64,000 bases of DNA from Escherichia coli (GTDB taxonomy: Bacteria; Pseudomonadota; Gammaproteobacteria; Enterobacterales; Enterobacteriaceae). Under the pieces are notes generated by a model. It was not told where the DNA came from. It searched no databases and saw only the letters and a list, made by a program, of their open reading frames with translations. Made by a program: the position numbers and the translations under genes. Shown here in pieces: positions 59,261-64,000 of this stretch (position 1 is its first letter; every line of letters starts with the position of its first letter). The DNA lies in the NCBI RefSeq assembly GCF_016026235.1, contig NZ_CP065613.1; one strand, given 5' to 3'.

Positions 59261-59845
59261 GTGTATTATTCTCGCTGCTTGCAGGATGTGCCTCTTAATT
59301 CTCCCGTTATACTTGTTCAGTCTGGCAGTCGCGCACCGGAAACCATTATGCAGGAGGAGATGAGAAAATATTATACAGTTGCCACATTTTCTGGCATTCC
59401 TGACAGGCAAAAACCTGTAACTTGTAATAAAGACAAAAACAAAGATGAAAGTCTGGATGTTGTAGATGCCGAAAATATGAACTGGATGCAGGCATTACGT
59501 TTTGTTGCGGCAAAAGGCCATCAGAAAGCGATTATTGTTTTCCAGGATACGTTGCAGACAGGAAAATATGACTCTGGATTGAAATCAATAGTTTGGTCAG
59601 ATTATAAAAATCAAAAATTGACTGACACGATGTCACTGCGTTATTTGGTTCGATTCACGCTGGTGGATGTGGCTACAGGTGAGTGGGCTACCTGGTCGCC
59701 TGTGAATTATGAATCGAAAGTGATTTTTCCGCAGATAGGGAATAAAAATTCTGACAGCCTTGATGTGGCAGAACAGCAGATTTCACAACTTAAGCAGAAA
59801 ACGTACGCAGCAGTGGTTAAAGATCTGGTGAATCGCTATCAGTAG
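59261..59845 (+). CDS. yafT: YafT-like protein body ORF; lipoprotein signal peptide lies upstream in a different frame
   Basis: 194-codon ORF (...[55 protein letters not shown]...); upstream ATG at 59233 encodes [21 protein letters not shown] then TAA at 59296 in a different frame. Internal ATGs at 59348 and 59360, the latter just after AGGAGG. Confidence 0.5.
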   Translation: MYYSRCLQDVPLNSPVILVQSGSRAPETIMQEEMRKYYTVATFSGIPDRQKPVTCNKDKNKDESLDVVDAENMNWMQALRFVAAKGHQKAIIVFQDTLQTGKYDSGLKSIVWSDYKNQKLTDTMSLRYLVRFTLVDVATGEWATWSPVNYESKVIFPQIGNKNSDSLDVAEQQISQLKQKTYAAVVKDLVNRYQ

Positions 59846-60186
59846 TAAGGTTTTATACCAGACGTTTTAATGGTACTTAGCAAGAAAGAGCATTTTCTTT
59901 TCTATTTATACTCTGGTTCAAGTCTGCTAATTAATTTTACATATATATTTTTTTAGAAGTAGTAAAAAACTTTACTAAAGTTATTTATTGTTCTCTCAAC
60001 ATATAAGCTGTAGTTCGAGTTTTCGGTTGAACTGTCAAAAATACATCATACACATCTATAAAACAGCAGGTACGGTTAATTAAGAATTTTTATTCGTGAT
60101 TAACCGTACTTTATCATTTTATTTTATAATGTTAAATTGCCTTTTTAAAATATAACAATAATGCAGATGAAAAACTCCCAGGTAAC

Positions 60187-60666
60187 TTAGAAAATCCGTT
60201 CACTCCAAAGGCTGTACGCACTGGTTCCGGCGACGCTGTGCTCCCAGTTAATGCTCTCATAGGTAAATGACACAGACTCTTCCGGCTGTCCTGGGCTGTC
60301 GTTAATGGTATGGGGAACGGTAAGGCCGATGTTTGAGATCCGGGCGTTAGTCAGTTTCACCTTGTAGTACGGTTCATTAACACCAAAGCGGTTGGTGCGA
60401 TAGAATACAAAATCACAGGTCAGACATTCATTCTCCGAAATGGCCTTGCCCAGCAGGGGGGAAGATTTGTCCACCGGTTTCGTGATGGTCAGCTCCTGGT
60501 GGTTGACATTCTGCGCCCGGCTCAGACCATGGGACAGTGACGTCACCATGATCTGATCCTGATGTGCAATCTGGGCTTTGTTACCGATGGACGGCATTGA
60601 CGAGCATCCGGATGAAATCAGCCCCTGAAGTTCTCCGTTCAGTGTCAGATAGACGGGATTTGCCAT
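60187..60666 (-). CDS. hcp: type VI secretion tube protein, Hcp family
   Basis: ORF-track frame 60187..61053 trimmed to ATG (complement 60664..60666) preceded by AAGGAGAATAAC; 159 aa MANPVYLTLNGELQGLISSGCSSMPSIGNKAQIAHQDQIMVTSLSHGL...YKVKLTNARISNIG...FTYESINWEHSVAGTSAYSLWSERIF, Hcp-like length and N/C-terminal pattern. Confidence 0.65.
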   Translation of the reverse strand: MANPVYLTLNGELQGLISSGCSSMPSIGNKAQIAHQDQIMVTSLSHGLSRAQNVNHQELTITKPVDKSSPLLGKAISENECLTCDFVFYRTNRFGVNEPYYKVKLTNARISNIGLTVPHTINDSPGQPEESVSFTYESINWEHSVAGTSAYSLWSERIF

Positions 60667-60683
60667 TGTTATTCTCCTTAAAC

Positions 60684-62042
60684 TCAATGGGTCGGAGGGA
60701 CTGGCACGGTGCTGTTGTCCGTTGCCATATCCTGTCCGGTATTTTTCAGCAACAGCCAGCGGCTTAACAGCCCATCCAGCCGTTGGTTGATCTCTTTTGC
60801 TAGCGCCTGTGTGTCCTGATTCTGCGTGCGGGTCTCCTGGTACTGCGTCAGCAGGTACTCCAGTGGAGTTTCCTGATTCAGTAACCGTTCGGCCTGCCAG
60901 GTCACCGTTTTGATATACGAGAGGGTGAAACCCTGTTTCTCCGTCTCCTTTTTCATCATCAGATCCGCAAAATCCCGCAAATTCTGCCGCGCCTGTTGCC
61001 AGCCCTTCATCTGCGGACTGGCTTGCGCCCGGTTTCTCAGCGTGGTGCTCCACATCCGGCTGGCTTCCTGCTGTTGCAGGCTTTCCGGCCAGAGGGTGTC
61101 TGCGGTGCGCATCATCTGCATTCCGGTTTCCAGCGGCTGTAGCGGTGGGGTATCCAGAAGCTGTTGCAGGTACTGTTCATATTCTTTCAGTACCGGTGAT
61201 GCCAGCCAGACGGTGGCGGCTCCCTGTGCGGTATCCCTGACCTGCGTAAGCTGCCGCTGCATCGGGTACGCCTGCCACCACCAGAGTGCAGCGGCGATAA
61301 CGGCAGTACAGGCGGCACCGGCAACAAAACCTTTTACAGTGCTGCCCTGTCTAACGTTGTCGGCGTTATTTGCCACACCGCGCACCTCCACCCGCATTTC
61401 CGGCAGGTCGGGCAGGGGAGGCACGGCTTCCGCTGTGGTGGAAGCCGTGCTTTCCGGCGCATAGACCAGCGTCCGGACCGTGGTCTGTGCCGCCGTATCA
61501 GTACGGTTTCCGGGCTGCGGTTCAAACCGCTTGCGTGTGTTCTGCACAAAATAAAGCAGGTTTTCCACGCGCGGCTGGCGCTTCAGTTCCACCTGCTGGA
61601 GTTTGTCACAGATAAGCTGTAAAGCCCGTTCCGTGCGGTAGAGCAACGGCAGATCATTTTCGGAAAAGGACACCTGCTGGCGCAGGATATTCCCGGTGCG
61701 GGTATTGAACCAGTCCAGCATCTCAGTCCGCGCCGGGCCACCCTGCGGCCAGAATTTATCCCATTCGTGGTTGATCATCGCTGCCAGCAGTTCCGCGCCT
61801 TCGCAGAACCCTGCCAGTCCCTGATTACGGGTACGCGCCAGTGTATAGTAGGTGGCGGTATGCAAATCCACCCCGTTGGCCTTAAAAATCGACAGCGCCA
61901 GCGATTCCACCAGTTTCCAGTTCAGCTCCGGCTGTGACGGGTGATTAGCCTTGTTAATTTCTTCGCGGATGGCGCTGAACTCCGGCAGGGCGCGCGGATC
62001 GCTGCCGGTAACGATAGTTTGAGTCAGTGCGTTGTTGTTCAT
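60684..62042 (-). CDS. T6SS-associated ImpA-N-domain protein (TssA-family, VasL/TagA-like) with central transmembrane segment
   Basis: ORF-track frame 60684..62183 trimmed to ATG at 62042 (MNNNALTQTIVTGSDPRALPEFSAIREEINKANHPSQPELNWKLVESLALSIFKANGVDLHTATYYTLARTRNQGLAGFCEGAELLAAMINHEWDKFWP...); hydrophobic stretch GFVAGAACTAVIAAALWWW; 10 bp after the tssM stop, 17 bp before hcp. Confidence 0.55.
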   Translation of the reverse strand: MNNNALTQTIVTGSDPRALPEFSAIREEINKANHPSQPELNWKLVESLALSIFKANGVDLHTATYYTLARTRNQGLAGFCEGAELLAAMINHEWDKFWPQGGPARTEMLDWFNTRTGNILRQQVSFSENDLPLLYRTERALQLICDKLQQVELKRQPRVENLLYFVQNTRKRFEPQPGNRTDTAAQTTVRTLVYAPESTASTTAEAVPPLPDLPEMRVEVRGVANNADNVRQGSTVKGFVAGAACTAVIAAALWWWQAYPMQRQLTQVRDTAQGAATVWLASPVLKEYEQYLQQLLDTPPLQPLETGMQMMRTADTLWPESLQQQEASRMWSTTLRNRAQASPQMKGWQQARQNLRDFADLMMKKETEKQGFTLSYIKTVTWQAERLLNQETPLEYLLTQYQETRTQNQDTQALAKEINQRLDGLLSRWLLLKNTGQDMATDNSTVPVPPTH

Positions 62043-62052
62043 CACTATCCCC

Positions 62053-64000
62053 TTAATACAATGTATCCGGTAAACGGAACTGGCTGAACAGACCGCCGGT
62101 GAACGGGTTATCTTCGGTATCCACATGCACCCGGTAAACCATCGCGCCGCCGTCCACGTTAAAGCGCACGTTAAAGGTGTCACTGGTTACGTTGGTCAAC
62201 TGGCCCGCGCCGAACAGGCGGAACTGCGCCCACGGTCCACTGAACGCGATACTGCGCGGTGCTCCGCCGCTGGTGCCAATCAGCGTCAGCTTGCTTTCAT
62301 TGCCTTCACGCATGTTGTTCGGCCAGACCAGATGGGCGGTATAGTTGCGTCCCTGGCTGTAGTCCACTAACTGGCCGTCCAGGTTAAGTACGCTGCGCCG
62401 CTTATTGCCGGAAAGCGATACGGTTTCCACGGCAAACTGTGCGCCCAGTCCGTTCTGCTGGCTAAAGAAGATGTCGCGGATTTTCTGTGCGGTATCCAGT
62501 TGTTGCCGGATATCTTCACGGATCAGCACTCTGCCGTCGTCGCCAAAGGTCAGATCGTTTTCCAGGAACAGTCGCAGGTTGTCCCTGTAGAACGAGTCCA
62601 GAATGCCATCCGGTTTAAAGAAGCGCTCAAACGCATCCAGTGAGGCATCCTGTGGGGCGCGTGGATTAAACGGATAGTTACCGGCAAGCTGTTCGTTGAA
62701 GGGTTTCACCACATTGTCGCGCCAGTCCACTTCCATGTAATGAACGGCTTCCACCATCACTACATGCCAGGCCTGATCCGCCAGCTTGCCCACCCAGCGG
62801 TTAAGAGGCGCAGGCAGGGTTTTTGCCATCTGACGGGTGGCGAAGATTGGATCGCTGCTGTTTTGATCCAGCCGTAGCTGTACTGCTTTCAGCGCCGATT
62901 TCCCAGACACTGGCGAGTTCTGAATCGCCAGCAGGTAACGGTGCAGCTCGGTCAGTTGCTGGTACACGGCCTGTAGCGTACTCGCCTTGTCCTTTTGCTC
63001 CTCCAGTGCGCTATTTTCCGGCGCGAGCTCATGTCCCAGCCGGGATAACAGGCGGTAATCCATCTCATTTATCGCCGCTTCCCTCGCCTTATCATCCAGT
63101 TTGCCGGAGAGCGTCAGCGCGTGTGTATTATCGCGCAGCGCCGTCAGCGCACGCTGGAATGGCTGATCGCCGCTGATAATCTGCTCCAGCGCGTCGGTCA
63201 GCACCGGCATGGCCTCATAGTCACGGACGTTGAGATTATCCATTCCGGCACGCCATGTAGCGGTATAGTCACTGAGGTACTGTTCAGTGATATGGCGCTG
63301 GATCTCTTCACGGTCGGCCTCGCTGTAGGCGACGCTTTGCGTCAGGTTCAGCACCCACGAATCCAGCGCGGTCAACTCAACGAGACCGTCGTGTTGTTTG
63401 ATAAAATAGCTTTGCAGGCCATAGCGGGTGAGAAACTGCGGGATCACCAGTTTTTCATCATTACCGGCGACGAACACGTTGTCGAAGGTGGGACCAACCT
63501 GGTCGCGCAAATTCAAATCGGCGGGCAACACGCTTAATGCTTTGGTGCGCAGGGTCTGGTAGACACGCTGGTATATCGGCAGTTTGCTCAGTTCATGTTG
63601 CGCATTAATGACCGCTTTATCATAGGGTGTCCAGCGGCTGATGGCGTCGCTGTCGCCGCTCTGGCGCTGCGCGTGCCAGTCGGTGTGTTCCAGCGCATAG
63701 TCCAGATGTGCCATCAGTTGCGCCTGAATATCACGCTGGCCGTGAAATTCATTGCTCCAGCGCCGCGCCATGTACTGTTTTACCGCCTCGTTGTTGCGCC
63801 CACTTTTGTCTTCCATCATGCGCACTACGCGCAGCACGGCGAGTTTTTCTTCACTCTCAGGCGGGGCATTGTTCAGATCCCGGATCAGGCCGTTCATTAA
63901 CGAGGGGAGATAACGCTGCTCAAGAAGCTGAATGTAGGTTTGTTCCACATATGACCCTACGCGGACGCCCTGGTACAATCCCATATCCGCCAGAAAACCG
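62053..64000 (-). CDS. tssM: type VI secretion membrane protein TssM (IcmF-like), C-terminal part; gene continues beyond window end
   Basis: More than 640 codons open on the minus strand from the window edge to the stop at 62053; size, the downstream ImpA-like and Hcp genes, and recalled IcmF C-terminal character support TssM; not verified by search. Confidence 0.55.
   Translation of the reverse strand, partial: GFLADMGLYQGVRVGSYVEQTYIQLLEQRYLPSLMNGLIRDLNNAPPESEEKLAVLRVVRMMEDKSGRNNEAVKQYMARRWSNEFHGQRDIQAQLMAHLDYALEHTDWHAQRQSGDSDAISRWTPYDKAVINAQHELSKLPIYQRVYQTLRTKALSVLPADLNLRDQVGPTFDNVFVAGNDEKLVIPQFLTRYGLQSYFIKQHDGLVELTALDSWVLNLTQSVAYSEADREEIQRHITEQYLSDYTATWRAGMDNLNVRDYEAMPVLTDALEQIISGDQPFQRALTALRDNTHALTLSGKLDDKAREAAINEMDYRLLSRLGHELAPENSALEEQKDKASTLQAVYQQLTELHRYLLAIQNSPVSGKSALKAVQLRLDQNSSDPIFATRQMAKTLPAPLNRWVGKLADQAWHVVMVEAVHYMEVDWRDNVVKPFNEQLAGNYPFNPRAPQDASLDAFERFFKPDGILDSFYRDNLRLFLENDLTFGDDGRVLIREDIRQQLDTAQKIRDIFFSQQNGLGAQFAVETVSLSGNKRRSVLNLDGQLVDYSQGRNYTAHLVWPNNMREGNESKLTLIGTSGGAPRSIAFSGPWAQFRLFGAGQLTNVTSDTFNVRFNVDGGAMVYRVHVDTEDNPFTGGLFSQFRLPDTLY

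Noticed and set aside
60667-61053. N-terminal 129-codon extension of the hcp ORF in the ORF track (288 aa total)
   Set aside because: It overlaps the 3' end of the upstream TssA-like gene in another frame; a strong RBS and ATG at 60666 give a canonical 159-aa Hcp, so the extension is an open-frame artefact.
60910-61464. Cys-rich 184-aa plus-strand ORF antisense to the TssA-like gene
   Set aside because: Low-complexity composition typical of an antisense frame in GC-rich DNA; no start context.
62043-62183. 47-codon N-terminal extension of the TssA-like ORF (499 aa in ORF track)
   Set aside because: It overlaps the tssM C-terminus; the ATG at 62042 sits 10 bp after the tssM stop, consistent with operon spacing.

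Overview
This window reads as the Escherichia coli chromosomal 4-minute region: a long run of conserved core genes, one ribosomal RNA operon, and two accessory insertions. All calls come from reading the sequence and the ORF track against recalled protein families and E. coli gene order; no database search or alignment was run. Core order: mtn (partial) / dgt-degP-cdaR / yaeH / dapD-glnD-map / rpsB-tsf-pyrH-frr-dxr-ispU-cdsA-rseP-bamA-skp-lpxD-fabZ-lpxA-lpxB-rnhB-dnaE-accA-ldcC-yaeR-tilS / rof-yaeP / yaeQ-arfB-nlpE / yaeF-proS-tsaA-rcsF-metQ-metI-metN / gmhB / rrnH-type operon (16S, tRNA-Ile, tRNA-Ala, 23S, 5S, tRNA-Asp) / dkgB / yafC / yafD-yafE / mltD-gloB / yafS / rnhA / dnaQ / tRNA-Asp (aspV). 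Accessory content: (1) a 1432-bp IS3-family insertion sequence (IS1397-like) sitting in the centre of a REP-type palindrome between tilS and rof, with a 3-bp TTA target duplication; (2) an AT-rich island starting right after aspV, holding a yafT-like gene and the distal end of a type VI secretion gene block (tssM partial, TssA/VasL-like, hcp) that runs off the window at 64000. Strain-level oddities: an in-frame TAG inside yaeQ, a lipoprotein signal peptide out of frame with the yafT-like body ORF, and an apparent absence of yaeI between yaeH and dapD. I found no CRISPR array and no convincing evidence of an undescribed system inside the window; the most likely place for unusual cargo is the aspV island beyond 64000.
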